This document shows positions 38,638 to 48,154 of a stretch of 64,000 nt of DNA, piece by piece (position 1 is the first letter of the stretch; each line of letters starts with the position of its first letter). Both the position numbers and the translations under genes were made by a program. The stretch lies in NCBI GenBank assembly GCA_020057405.1, contig JAGVFW010000013.1, forward strand, positions 32,001 through 96,000, in the 5' to 3' direction. The stretch is from an archaeon (GTDB lineage Archaea; Micrarchaeota; Micrarchaeia; Norongarragalinales; UBA97). The notes beneath the pieces are model-generated. The model saw nothing but the letters and a program-made list of their open reading frames with translations, searched no databases and was not told where the DNA came from.

Positions 38638-38952
38638 TCAGTGAACGCGCTTGATTTTGGGGAAGCGGTCGAAGCCTGAATCCGGGGTTCGGGACTTTTT
38701 GGACAATAAATCTGCCTTGCGAAGTTGTTTTTTCCTTAGGATAAGTTCAACCCATTCTTTGCATGAAGGGCAGAGGGTATGCATTTCAACCGTTTCTCCG
38801 CTCAGGGTGGAGTGCTTAGGGGAAAGCCGAGTCCACTCGTACGAGTCAAGACTGCATCCCATGTCTTTGGTCTGGAATCCGCCAATCTTCTTGCCACAAT
38901 AAGGGCAGAAAAAATTTCCACGAATTGAATCGAACAGCCCCACGTTAATCAC
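38638..38952 (-). CDS. Zn-ribbon hypothetical protein
   Basis: GLFDSI..CPYC..FQTKD..CPSC. Confidence 0.7.
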   Translation of the reverse strand: MINVGLFDSIRGNFFCPYCGKKIGGFQTKDMGCSLDSYEWTRLSPKHSTLSGETVEMHTLCPSCKEWVELILRKKQLRKADLLSKKSRTPDSGFDRFPKIKRVH

Positions 38953-39088
38953 TTAGAAAAGCTGGTTGTCAGCGTATTAAAATACATTTTGAAGTGGCTT
39001 GCCAGCCTTGCCGGGGTGCCTTTCGGGCCGCTGCCGTTTGGTGGCCCCAGTTCCAAACGCTTTTTAACGCGGGCGGTGTGATGCTTGC

Positions 39089-39835
39089 ATGCCAGTAGAA
39101 CGGGTCCAGAGCGGCATTTACGGCCTTGACGAGCTGATTACGGGAGGGTTCCCAAAGGGCCGCACCATCCTCATTAGCGGCGCGTGCGGCACGGGCAAGA
39201 GCATTTTGTGCAGCCAGTACCTCTACCGCGGGGCCGCCGAGTTCGACGAACCCGGAGTTTACGTCGCTTTTGACGAGCGGCCGGAAGAAATTAGGAGCGA
39301 CATGGCGAACTTCGGCTGGGACATCGAAGCAATGGAAAAGAAAGGCAAGCTCGCGATTGTTGACGTTACTAGCGCCAAAGCCGGCGTGCCAAGCGAGGAA
39401 GACCACGCAATCCTCCCAGGCCAGCTTGACATTGACAAGATTCTCGTCGACGCGATTAGCGTGGCGCGCAACATTGGCGCGAAAAGAATGGTTTTCGACT
39501 CTATTCCCTCAATGGCCTTCCGCATGGACACCGTCCACGAAATCCGCAAAGGCATCTTGAAGCTCGCCTACATTTCGGCCAAAGCCGGCTTGACGACGCT
39601 GATTACAACTGAAGCCGAGGAATCGCCTTCCGGCGTTCCAATCAAGTTTTCCCGCTACGAAGTCGAAGAATACGTTGCAGATGGCGTCGTCGTCCTAGGA
39701 CTCTTCGGCGGCGGCCAAAGCGCCTTCCGCACACTCCACGTCCGCAAGATGCGAGGCACCAAACACGCCCTCGAACTCCACCCAATGGAAATAGGCGACA
39801 AGGGAATAACAGTCAAGAAGATAGGCGGAATTTAG
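39089..39835 (+). CDS. KaiC/RAD55-like single-domain ATPase
   Basis: SGIYGLDELITGGFP, GACGTGKS, FDS, EEYVADGV, KMRGTKH. Confidence 0.93.
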   Translation: MPVERVQSGIYGLDELITGGFPKGRTILISGACGTGKSILCSQYLYRGAAEFDEPGVYVAFDERPEEIRSDMANFGWDIEAMEKKGKLAIVDVTSAKAGVPSEEDHAILPGQLDIDKILVDAISVARNIGAKRMVFDSIPSMAFRMDTVHEIRKGILKLAYISAKAGLTTLITTEAEESPSGVPIKFSRYEVEEYVADGVVVLGLFGGGQSAFRTLHVRKMRGTKHALELHPMEIGDKGITVKKIGGI

Positions 39836-40368
39836 CTTCCACTGGTTTTTGGTTTCAAAATAAAAACACACTCTGCTTCCCCAGTACAAACACACTTGGT
39901 TTCTACGCATTCAATCTCTTTGTCATATATTGTCGTAAAAATACCCGCAAAAAAACCCGCTATAAAATAATCCATAACTACCTTGGTCTTTTCGTTTTTT
40001 CGTAAATCATCTTTAGCTAATGAAGAAATTGCTCCGACGATTATACTCCCATCTGGGTTTGAAGAAATTCGGTTTATTTTCGCAAGACCTTGTAACTCCA
40101 CGATATTGCGCCATAACGCTACGCTCTCCATGCCCTTAACCTTAAAACGCTTATCTAAATCCTCGGAAAAATCCTTAGATGTCCTAAAACCCAAAGTGTA
40201 CAGAAGTTTTCCAGATTTGGCACTGTTTCCTTCGTTAAGAAGACTTCTCAAATGAGAGTGGATAGACGCAGGGTATAACAAATACGTAGAGTTGAAAATA
40301 GCCACATCGCCTTCAATAAAGCGCAATTGTTTTGCCATAAGCAATTTTTTAAAAAAGCCGGATAACAA
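39832..40368 (-). CDS. V4R (4-vinyl reductase) domain protein
   Basis: FIAGFFAG..ETKCVCTGEAECVF. Confidence 0.85.
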   Translation of the reverse strand: MLSGFFKKLLMAKQLRFIEGDVAIFNSTYLLYPASIHSHLRSLLNEGNSAKSGKLLYTLGFRTSKDFSEDLDKRFKVKGMESVALWRNIVELQGLAKINRISSNPDGSIIVGAISSLAKDDLRKNEKTKVVMDYFIAGFFAGIFTTIYDKEIECVETKCVCTGEAECVFILKPKTSGS

Positions 40369-40842
40369 CTAAGTCTCCCCACGTATTCGTTTTATTTTTT
40401 CCCACTTTTCAAAATTCAGTACTAAATCGGCTTCTTGGTCGCTAACAATCGTGCTAACCAAAACTTCTCGGATTTTGGGATTACGCACTAGTTTTGATAT
40501 AGAAGCTGAAAGCGCTCGAGAAAACTTATCAGAACGCAATTTTGTAGTAAAATGCGCGGATATTGCTACTGGAACACCCGTCATAATCTCAATAAAGCCG
40601 CCTTTTTCGAAGAGAAACCGCTTGTAAAACTTTTCGCCAACGATATCTTCACCAATGAAACAGGTTTTTTCTCCGAAGTTTCTCTCCAGTGACTTAACGA
40701 ATTCAAACAAAGCACGATCAGTTTCAGATTCTGAATTTTGAGTCGCCAGCGCTACGAGATCCGCAGAGTCCGGCGTATCTGAACCAAAAGGTAGCGCTTC
40801 GGGAAGATCGATTAAAGTCACATACGAGTGTCTTAGTTTCAT
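40369..40842 (-). CDS. hypothetical protein
   Basis: 157-aa ATG ORF with GGAGGT SD, co-oriented with the V4R gene. Confidence 0.7.
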   Translation of the reverse strand: MKLRHSYVTLIDLPEALPFGSDTPDSADLVALATQNSESETDRALFEFVKSLERNFGEKTCFIGEDIVGEKFYKRFLFEKGGFIEIMTGVPVAISAHFTTKLRSDKFSRALSASISKLVRNPKIREVLVSTIVSDQEADLVLNFEKWEKIKRIRGET

Positions 40843-41015
40843 CCGGTACCTCCCACTAACACATTACGCATACTGTAACGCTATTTAAAAACACTAATCT
40901 ACCCGCATCTCAAAAGACACAGCAGACTTAAAAAGAGACCTAGCCTACGGGTATATACGCTAAACGCAGGTAGAAGGAAAGAAACTAACCGATAGTAAAA
41001 AAACTGGGGTAGATT

Positions 41016-42314
41016 TTGTTGAAAAACTTGCAAGTTGGCATTGGCTTTTCGGAAGTAGCAGATTCAAAAAAGGCGGCTAAGGCGGCCTCTGAACAAGCGC
41101 TGAAAACACTTAAGAAAAAGCCAACAATCACCTACGTTTTCTTCGCAGGGGAATACGATCCTAAAGAAATAAGCAGGGGGTTAGTTGAAGCACTTGGCGA
41201 TAGTGAATTTGTCGGGGGTTCCGGTGACGCGGTATTTTTTGAGGACAAGATATACCGGACCGGAATAGTGGTTGCGGCAATATACAGCGAATATCTCCAC
41301 GTAGGAATCTCCTCAATCGAAGGAATATCAAAAGACCCCCACGGACTAGCTAGGAAAGTAACTGCAGAAGCAATGAAGAAAATTGCAATAGACAAGTATG
41401 TAGATCCATACTTACAGTTTACTAGAATGAGAAATAGCAGCATAAAGTGGATGATTAAAAAACCATCATTCCACATTACAGTTTTTGCGAAAGGTATGAA
41501 ATTGCCTCAGATGGGAGAAGAAACCAAAATATTACAAGGAATAACTAGGGAAATGGGATTCAATGTTCCGATTTGGGGGGGCAGTTTCGGAGTACACCTC
41601 GAAAAGCTATTCGAACAAAAACCATACGACATTCACCTCTTACATTCAGGTAAAATACTCACAGACGGCTTAATCGTAGTAGTGAATTCAACAAGTCTAC
41701 TCTACGGACTATCCTTAGCGCATGGTTCGCAACGGACAAACAAAATAGGCTTCATTTCTGGCGTTACGGGGGGCGGGTACGTGATAACGGGAATTTCCGG
41801 TAAAAACCCCATAGACTGGTATTGTGAAAACCTAAACATACCTCGAAAAGAGTTTTTAAAAAATTCCATAGTTATTACTCAGAAAAACCCATTAGGAATT
41901 CCTGACAACTATGGCGGATTTATTATTAGGGCGGGCGGAGTACCCGCTGGAGAAAATCTAGCCTTTACTGCAACGTTCGAAGAAGGTTGGCCGGTATACA
42001 TCATGGATTCGAGCATAAGCAATATGGCCACGGCACCGGGTAAAGTAATCGAAGACCTGCGTGCAAGTACCAACGAAGCAACTCCGGCTCTAGCTCTAGC
42101 AATCATCTGCGCATCATGCAGAATCGTCACAGGAGAAAAAGGCGTCGCCGGAGAACTCAAAGAATTAAAGAAAAAGCTCGGCGGGGCGCCAATCGTAGGT
42201 TTCTCGTCATTTACTGAAATTGGAGCTAAAGAGGGCGTACCCACTACGGTACAGCACGAAGCTACAACCCTACTAACAATTTACGATAAATTGTTGCACG
42301 AAGTTAGGGATTGA
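41016..42314 (+). CDS. FIST-domain sensory protein
   Basis: VGIGFS..AAKAA, FVGGS, PIWGG, HG, PLG, CASC, GFSSFTEI. Confidence 0.85.
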   Translation: MLKNLQVGIGFSEVADSKKAAKAASEQALKTLKKKPTITYVFFAGEYDPKEISRGLVEALGDSEFVGGSGDAVFFEDKIYRTGIVVAAIYSEYLHVGISSIEGISKDPHGLARKVTAEAMKKIAIDKYVDPYLQFTRMRNSSIKWMIKKPSFHITVFAKGMKLPQMGEETKILQGITREMGFNVPIWGGSFGVHLEKLFEQKPYDIHLLHSGKILTDGLIVVVNSTSLLYGLSLAHGSQRTNKIGFISGVTGGGYVITGISGKNPIDWYCENLNIPRKEFLKNSIVITQKNPLGIPDNYGGFIIRAGGVPAGENLAFTATFEEGWPVYIMDSSISNMATAPGKVIEDLRASTNEATPALALAIICASCRIVTGEKGVAGELKELKKKLGGAPIVGFSSFTEIGAKEGVPTTVQHEATTLLTIYDKLLHEVRD

Positions 42315-42325
42315 GTTGAACCTGC

Positions 42326-43873
42326 GTGACACCTATTCGAAACGCAACAATTTTAGTGCTGGGCGGAGCAGGACAAGTAGGCTTCGAATTTTGTTCACAA
42401 ATCCTATCCAAAAATCCACTGAAGCTCATTATTTGCGATATAAATGAGAAAAAAGTTAAGTCTGCCATTAGTAGATTAAATTCAAAAAGTCGTACGACCG
42501 CAAAAATCGGAGAATGGGGAGATATTTTTTCAGATAAACCGACAGCGAAGTCTGCGCTCATTCAAATAAAAAGCAGCATTGTCGAACTGACGAACCGAAC
42601 TGGCGTGCTGGCGGCTAGCGATGCCTCAGATACCTTCCTTTACAAGCTGATATGCAAATACAAGCCCGACATCCTTGTTGATGCGGTCAATACAGCTACT
42701 GCACTGGCTTACAAAGATAGTCGCGAATCAAAAACGCGCGAATCTACGCAACAAAACGACCTACCAGAACCGGTGCCGATTATGCAATTAATTCGACACA
42801 CGCAAGTGTTGTTTCAGGCGTTCAGAAAAGCACAAACTAAGGAATATATAAAAATAGGAACTGGCGGAACCGGCGGCCTTGGTTTCACTTTGCCATATAC
42901 ACACGGTGAAAATGAAGTTCCGTCAAAACTCCTAATGAGTAAATCTGCCGTTGCAGGCGCGCAAACCATGCTTTTGTGGGTTTTGGCAAGAACTCCAATG
43001 ATGCCAATAATAAAGGAAATTAAAGTTACGGCACTCATAGGATGGAGAGAAATTGGGCGGGGTGAATTCACCATCGACTCCGAACCAATCGCACTCTATG
43101 ATTGCCCAATTGAAAAGAGCCTAACTATCAGCGATGCGCTAAAAAAACACAATTCAATCAGATTAAATAAAAATCTACACGGGACGTGGATTGACACTGG
43201 AGAAAATGGAATATTTACTAAAGATATGTTCGCGGCTATTACTTCGAGAAACAACATGGAGCTAATTACTCCAGCAGAAATAGTCAAAATAATCATAGAC
43301 GAAATTGAAGGCAAGCACACCGGGAAAGACACAATATCGGCCATGGATAATGCAGTACTTGGCCCTACACTAATCGGAAGCGGAATGCGGCAAGTCGCTA
43401 TAGATCGAATGAAGGATGACGACGAAGTTGTGGCAAGTATACCGACGCTAGGCCCCCTAACGGCAAAAATATTGTGGGAAGCCGCATTACTGAAAACCTC
43501 TTTCGAGAATATCGATCAAGTAATAAAAGAAAATGAAAAACATATATCGGAAAGGACTTTTGAAAAAATAAGCAGAGATCAAACGCTGAGAGCTAAAATA
43601 ATATCCATAGGAATACCCATCCTCTTACCTTCTGGTAAGCTTCTTCGCGGTCCAACTATATCAATTCCAGATCAGAGTCGAGTATCCTCAAACCTGCGAG
43701 ATGTCGAGACTTGGGCCGCCACTGGCTGGGTAGACCTTAGGCCTAAAAACTGGCTGCTTTGGAAAACCTGGCTCCGCGACTATCGCACATCTAATAACAA
43801 TTCATTCAATATCGGCGAGATTTGCGGATGGATTTTTGCGCATAAGCTTGGCGGAATGAGGATAAAACGGTGA
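42326..43873 (+). CDS. uncharacterised Rossmann-fold NAD(P)-binding oxidoreductase
   Basis: VLGGAGQVG, DAVNTAT, IGTGGTGGLG..PYTH, SKSAVAGA, DTGENG, GWVDLR. Confidence 0.75.
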   Translation: MTPIRNATILVLGGAGQVGFEFCSQILSKNPLKLIICDINEKKVKSAISRLNSKSRTTAKIGEWGDIFSDKPTAKSALIQIKSSIVELTNRTGVLAASDASDTFLYKLICKYKPDILVDAVNTATALAYKDSRESKTRESTQQNDLPEPVPIMQLIRHTQVLFQAFRKAQTKEYIKIGTGGTGGLGFTLPYTHGENEVPSKLLMSKSAVAGAQTMLLWVLARTPMMPIIKEIKVTALIGWREIGRGEFTIDSEPIALYDCPIEKSLTISDALKKHNSIRLNKNLHGTWIDTGENGIFTKDMFAAITSRNNMELITPAEIVKIIIDEIEGKHTGKDTISAMDNAVLGPTLIGSGMRQVAIDRMKDDDEVVASIPTLGPLTAKILWEAALLKTSFENIDQVIKENEKHISERTFEKISRDQTLRAKIISIGIPILLPSGKLLRGPTISIPDQSRVSSNLRDVETWAATGWVDLRPKNWLLWKTWLRDYRTSNNNSFNIGEICGWIFAHKLGGMRIKR

Positions 43874-45027
43874 TAACTAACTTCGAGGAGCTTTTAACAA
43901 CATCCTCACGCACATTAGACCCGAAACAGATTTCACCAGCCGTATGGGCTTCAAAAAATTGGGAAAAACTAGATAGGAAAAGTACTGAAACGACCCTTCT
44001 TCCGTTTATTAAGTTTCAAATTAATCGCGCTGGCAAAGCAATGCCAGATATTTACTCGCCATACACGAAAAAAAATACGCCAATAAACGAGTTTGAAGAT
44101 TTTTTTAATTTACCTGCACTAGTAAAAGACACGGGAACCCACTCCATCGGATTTAGAGAAAAGGTCAAACTTAATCCGTATATACTATTACCAAAAGATA
44201 CGAGTTCAGCTACGGTCGTCTATAAATCAGGCGGTACTCGGGGTACAGCCACTCCCACGTTTCTAACCACTTGGGATCACGAAGTTGAAGCGCTTTCCTT
44301 AAAAAAGTGCTTCGAGTATATGGGAATAAAGAAAGATGTGGTTGCGCTTAATTCTTACAATCCGACACATAAAGGCGGACAACTGATTACCAATGCACTC
44401 TTAGCTCTGGGCGTAAAAGTTATACCTAGGCGTACAACCGATACGCCAACAGAAATGATTAACACGATAAAAACCTACGGCGTATCAATGTTAGCAACAG
44501 TACAAGGCCCACTTAGTGAAGATGATAATGTTCGAAAAGGCGCAGGGATAGATTTCCTATCACTTATTGAAGCGGGACAAGATGTACTCGAACAACACTT
44601 AGACTTGTTGTTCATTACCGGCTATTCGCTCATTCCGGAAGTTATTGCTTGGTCAGAAAGTAATAAAAAAAACCTCGCTACGTGTTTAGGTTCTTCGGAA
44701 GCAATTCCCCAAGCAACTAGCACAGTAAAAGGTACAAAGTGCAAATACAACAACCTGCACCTGATTAACGGCCCCCACTACCTCGAAATCGTAAAGCTGG
44801 AATCTGGAACACTCGTTCCAGTAAAACGGGGAGAAACTGGCCTGCTACTATACACCACCATTGCAAGAGACGGTACGATATACATCCGATACGCTCCGGG
44901 TGACGCGGCAACACTAACGGCTTACGGTGGAGAATGCGACTGTGGAATACGTACACCCATCATTTCAAATATTCGAAGAATAGATATACCTGAAGATACT
45001 ATTGCCGCCGGCTGTTGCATAGGGTAG
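43870..45027 (+). CDS. LuxE-like acyl-protein synthetase / AMP-forming ligase
   Basis: SGGTRG, LGSSE, RYAPGD; ends in AGCCIG with no CoA-ligase C-domain. Confidence 0.75.
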   Translation: MITNFEELLTTSSRTLDPKQISPAVWASKNWEKLDRKSTETTLLPFIKFQINRAGKAMPDIYSPYTKKNTPINEFEDFFNLPALVKDTGTHSIGFREKVKLNPYILLPKDTSSATVVYKSGGTRGTATPTFLTTWDHEVEALSLKKCFEYMGIKKDVVALNSYNPTHKGGQLITNALLALGVKVIPRRTTDTPTEMINTIKTYGVSMLATVQGPLSEDDNVRKGAGIDFLSLIEAGQDVLEQHLDLLFITGYSLIPEVIAWSESNKKNLATCLGSSEAIPQATSTVKGTKCKYNNLHLINGPHYLEIVKLESGTLVPVKRGETGLLLYTTIARDGTIYIRYAPGDAATLTAYGGECDCGIRTPIISNIRRIDIPEDTIAAGCCIG

Positions 45028-45032
45028 AACAA

Positions 45033-46454
45033 ATGACCCACCTAAAATTTAACAACTATATAGGCGGAAAGGAAGTTCTACTTTCAGGACAAACTTTTAC
45101 AGTTGAAAGCAGCATATATCCCGACTATCAGTTTCTAGCTCCTGAAGCGGGACTATTTGATATTAAAACGGCAATTTCTAAGGCGCGTACATCTGTAAAA
45201 GACTGCCACGCACTTACCTTTAGCGAACGAATAGAAATACTTGAACGAGCGGCGGCTTCTTTTTCGCCAACTGCAACTGATTTCGAGTTCGCTGTCAAAA
45301 CCACAGGCATGCCCATATCAAATGTTAGGTCTTTTTCAGAAGATATTCGAAATATTTACCGCAATGTACCGATTGCTATAGAAAAGCACATAGGCCGGCT
45401 GGGCGACCGGTTCGGACATGACCTTAGACACTCAGAAGGCACCGTGCATTTTGAACCAATAAATGGAATAGTATATGCAATTACGCCAGGTAACGATATT
45501 CGCGTAACCGCATTCATTGCAAGTTGGCTAGTAGCCTTAGGAATACCCGGAATATTTAAATGCTCAAAAAACGACCTCGCGTTTGCTAATAAAACTTTAC
45601 AAAAGTTAGTCGAGGCGGGCTATCCGGAAGGCGGTCTTAACCTGCTTTGTTGGGATACACAAAAAAAGGAAAATGCTAAATTAAATTTCGAATTGGTAGA
45701 TTCTTCGAAAGTTGTTTGGGCATATGGAGCCGATTCGACCGTTGATTTCATGCTTCGATTTGAAACAAAATCTGAAAACCAAGTTTTAGATCACTTTTCG
45801 GACAAAACCATACTAAGACATGCAACCGGAAGAACCGCAGCTATATCCTCTCCGAAAACAGACATCGAAAAAGTATCTGAACGCGCGACTACCTCCGCTT
45901 TAACTTGGCCGATTGGTTGTAACTCGCTAAAAGCACTATTTAACGCATCCAACAAAAACACCGAGGTTGTTAGCGCCCTAACGGAAAAGTTCGAGCAACT
46001 TGCTAAACATACCGGCGACCCCATGAAAAACACTACGAAGATAGGCTTCACGGAACCAAAACTACTAGCCCAGGTGTGGAACAGAATAAATGACCTCAAA
46101 AAAACCGGTCAGCTTAGCTTGCTTACTGGAGAAAAAATTAGTGAAAGACAATGCACGCCGCTACTCTTAGAAACTCTCGACCTTAATTCGGAATTCCTAA
46201 ACACTGAATTTTCTACTTATCTACTAACTATCAAAAACTGCTCCGGGTTTAGTGAAGCGATAGATGAGGTCAATGTAACTTCAGGTGCGAATAGACGACT
46301 CGTAGTAACTGTTTTTTCTTCTGAAAATGAAAAACTCGGAAGAATTCACGCGCACCGAATAAATATGAACACCATAACAACCGATCTCGACCTATTATTT
46401 CAAGAAGGAAACGACTACTTTAGCAAACTGACTACGCCCCAACTTCATAAATGA
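45033..46454 (+). CDS. LuxC-like acyl-CoA reductase / ALDH-fold protein
   Basis: ERIEIL, PGN, KCS, AYGADSTV, GCNS catalytic Cys. Confidence 0.75.
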   Translation: MTHLKFNNYIGGKEVLLSGQTFTVESSIYPDYQFLAPEAGLFDIKTAISKARTSVKDCHALTFSERIEILERAAASFSPTATDFEFAVKTTGMPISNVRSFSEDIRNIYRNVPIAIEKHIGRLGDRFGHDLRHSEGTVHFEPINGIVYAITPGNDIRVTAFIASWLVALGIPGIFKCSKNDLAFANKTLQKLVEAGYPEGGLNLLCWDTQKKENAKLNFELVDSSKVVWAYGADSTVDFMLRFETKSENQVLDHFSDKTILRHATGRTAAISSPKTDIEKVSERATTSALTWPIGCNSLKALFNASNKNTEVVSALTEKFEQLAKHTGDPMKNTTKIGFTEPKLLAQVWNRINDLKKTGQLSLLTGEKISERQCTPLLLETLDLNSEFLNTEFSTYLLTIKNCSGFSEAIDEVNVTSGANRRLVVTVFSSENEKLGRIHAHRINMNTITTDLDLLFQEGNDYFSKLTTPQLHK

Positions 46455-46468
46455 ACGAATAGAACGCA

Positions 46469-47242
46469 TTAAAGCTTCAAAACGTCTTCATCGGAAACAA
46501 ACTCGATTCCGCTCTTTGAAAATCTATACGATAACGCCTTCCGTTCATGATCAGTATACCTCATTTTTCTAACTTGCAAAGATCGAAATTCGGCAGTACC
46601 TATTCCAAAAAAACTCAGGAAAATTACACCATCGGCAAGAAATTCTGAAATTCCGTCCGAACTCATACCTTTTCCTCGCTCTGGCAATTCTGAAGTGAGA
46701 AAAATTGTCGCACCCAACGCCCTTAGACTAGAAATAACCGTAGCTAACATTCGCTTAGTCATAGTTTTCTCCGAAGTACTCCTAGGTGGAATTTTATCTA
46801 AACTTCGTGAAGGCACCCCTCCGCGCTTAAGCAATACTTCCTTTGCAAAATCAGATACCAAGGCAAACTCAGAAAAAGTACTCATAGAGTCTAAAACCAG
46901 CCGTTGCGGAGAAAACTGACGAATCGCAGTGAAAATTTCGCTCAAAAAAGACTCGTCCTTTAATATATCTACATAAACTATTTTGAGCAAGTTTTTATCT
47001 ACCCAAAGATTCAAATCCCACCCGTATTGGGCAGCTTGCTTATTCAATTCTTCAAACGTCTGTTCGGTTGAAACGTACATACTTCGCTCATTATTTGCTA
47101 TCCCCTGAAGTAAGAAATGCAAACATAAGGTACTCTTACCAGTTCCGGCCCCCCCCGAAATTAATACTACGTTCCCCTTAGGAATGCCCCCACTAATGGC
47201 CTCATCCAAGCCGATAATGCCAGTTTTAACTCTCTCAATCAT
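46469..47242 (-). CDS. KaiC/RAD55-like single-domain ATPase
   Basis: TGIIGLDEAISGGIP, GGAGTGKS, LDS, EFLADGV, KMRYTDH. Confidence 0.93.
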   Translation of the reverse strand: MIERVKTGIIGLDEAISGGIPKGNVVLISGGAGTGKSTLCLHFLLQGIANNERSMYVSTEQTFEELNKQAAQYGWDLNLWVDKNLLKIVYVDILKDESFLSEIFTAIRQFSPQRLVLDSMSTFSEFALVSDFAKEVLLKRGGVPSRSLDKIPPRSTSEKTMTKRMLATVISSLRALGATIFLTSELPERGKGMSSDGISEFLADGVIFLSFFGIGTAEFRSLQVRKMRYTDHERKALSYRFSKSGIEFVSDEDVLKL

Positions 47243-47263
47243 CGAGATACTTAGGCTTGCCCA

Positions 47264-48154
47264 TTAAAAAAGCATATCGGATCGGGTAGCTTTACCCCGT
47301 TTGAATCCACCTTTAGTCGGGCCTACCTCAAACACGCATTTTTGGTCGCCTTTTGCTATGCACTTGGTTTCTTTTGCTTCGATTGCTGGGTCACCATACA
47401 TTACGGCGAATCCTCCCGCTAGGCAGCCGCGCAGAAAATCGTCCACAGGCTCCTTGCTTTTTCCGAAACGATTAAGGTATTCGACTGCGAAGGGAGAATA
47501 ATCTACTGTGACGAAAGCGGTTTTATTTGCCGTATCTATCTGCTCGATGTTTAGACTCCCCCAGCCGACTATTGAGAGCGTGTCAATGCCGTGCTGGAGT
47601 TCTACATCCAAGTCGCCACGGGTTACGCCCGTTCTACGCATTTCAGAATACCAACTGACGCTCATATCTCTTACCGTTTTGTAAAGAAGGCCGGGCTTCT
47701 TTTTGAGTTCAATGTGCCAAAGTAGGTACTGATACATCGGAATCATGCAAATCTTGTGCCCAAATAAGTAAAGCTCATCCTTCGACAGGGTGAGATTTCC
47801 ACTAAGCAAAAGATGTTTGAGCAGCGACAATGCCCTAAATGCAGAAAACATCCGGCCCTTGGCCGGAATGGCGAAAAAAGTTTTTGAATCGGAAGACGCC
47901 TGTATTGTCGAAATTTCTTGCGCCAAATTTCCCAACCAAACGCGATTAATAGAATAACCGGCATCATCTTTCACTAGCATTCCGGCGGCGGCCATTTCGC
48001 CGAGCGCCTTGTGTACGCCTTGGTAGGTAGCTTTGGTGCCTTCCTTTTGCACTGCCTTGAACGTTTCTTTTGCCGTTAGGGGCGCTTGCTCGGAGAGCGC
48101 GTTAAGCGTGGCGCCTTTCACACCGCCCAATGCAGAGCCTAGGACTGAACTCAT
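47264..48154 (-). CDS. wHTH-V4R transcriptional regulator
   Basis: N-terminal PLTAK..TYQGVHK; C-terminal GWG..SPF..RGCLAGG..ETKCIAKGDQKCVF. Confidence 0.85.
   Translation of the reverse strand: MSSVLGSALGGVKGATLNALSEQAPLTAKETFKAVQKEGTKATYQGVHKALGEMAAAGMLVKDDAGYSINRVWLGNLAQEISTIQASSDSKTFFAIPAKGRMFSAFRALSLLKHLLLSGNLTLSKDELYLFGHKICMIPMYQYLLWHIELKKKPGLLYKTVRDMSVSWYSEMRRTGVTRGDLDVELQHGIDTLSIVGWGSLNIEQIDTANKTAFVTVDYSPFAVEYLNRFGKSKEPVDDFLRGCLAGGFAVMYGDPAIEAKETKCIAKGDQKCVFEVGPTKGGFKRGKATRSDMLF

Noticed and set aside
40366-40371. TAG immediately followed in frame by a start codon (also at 2147-2152), suggesting amber readthrough
   Set aside because: The V4R gene has its own SD-like GGGGAG, many conserved genes here end normally in TAG, and no pyl machinery is seen
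39089-47242. Circadian clock or bioluminescence operon
   Set aside because: The KaiC-like proteins are single-domain with no KaiA/KaiB, and no luxAB is present
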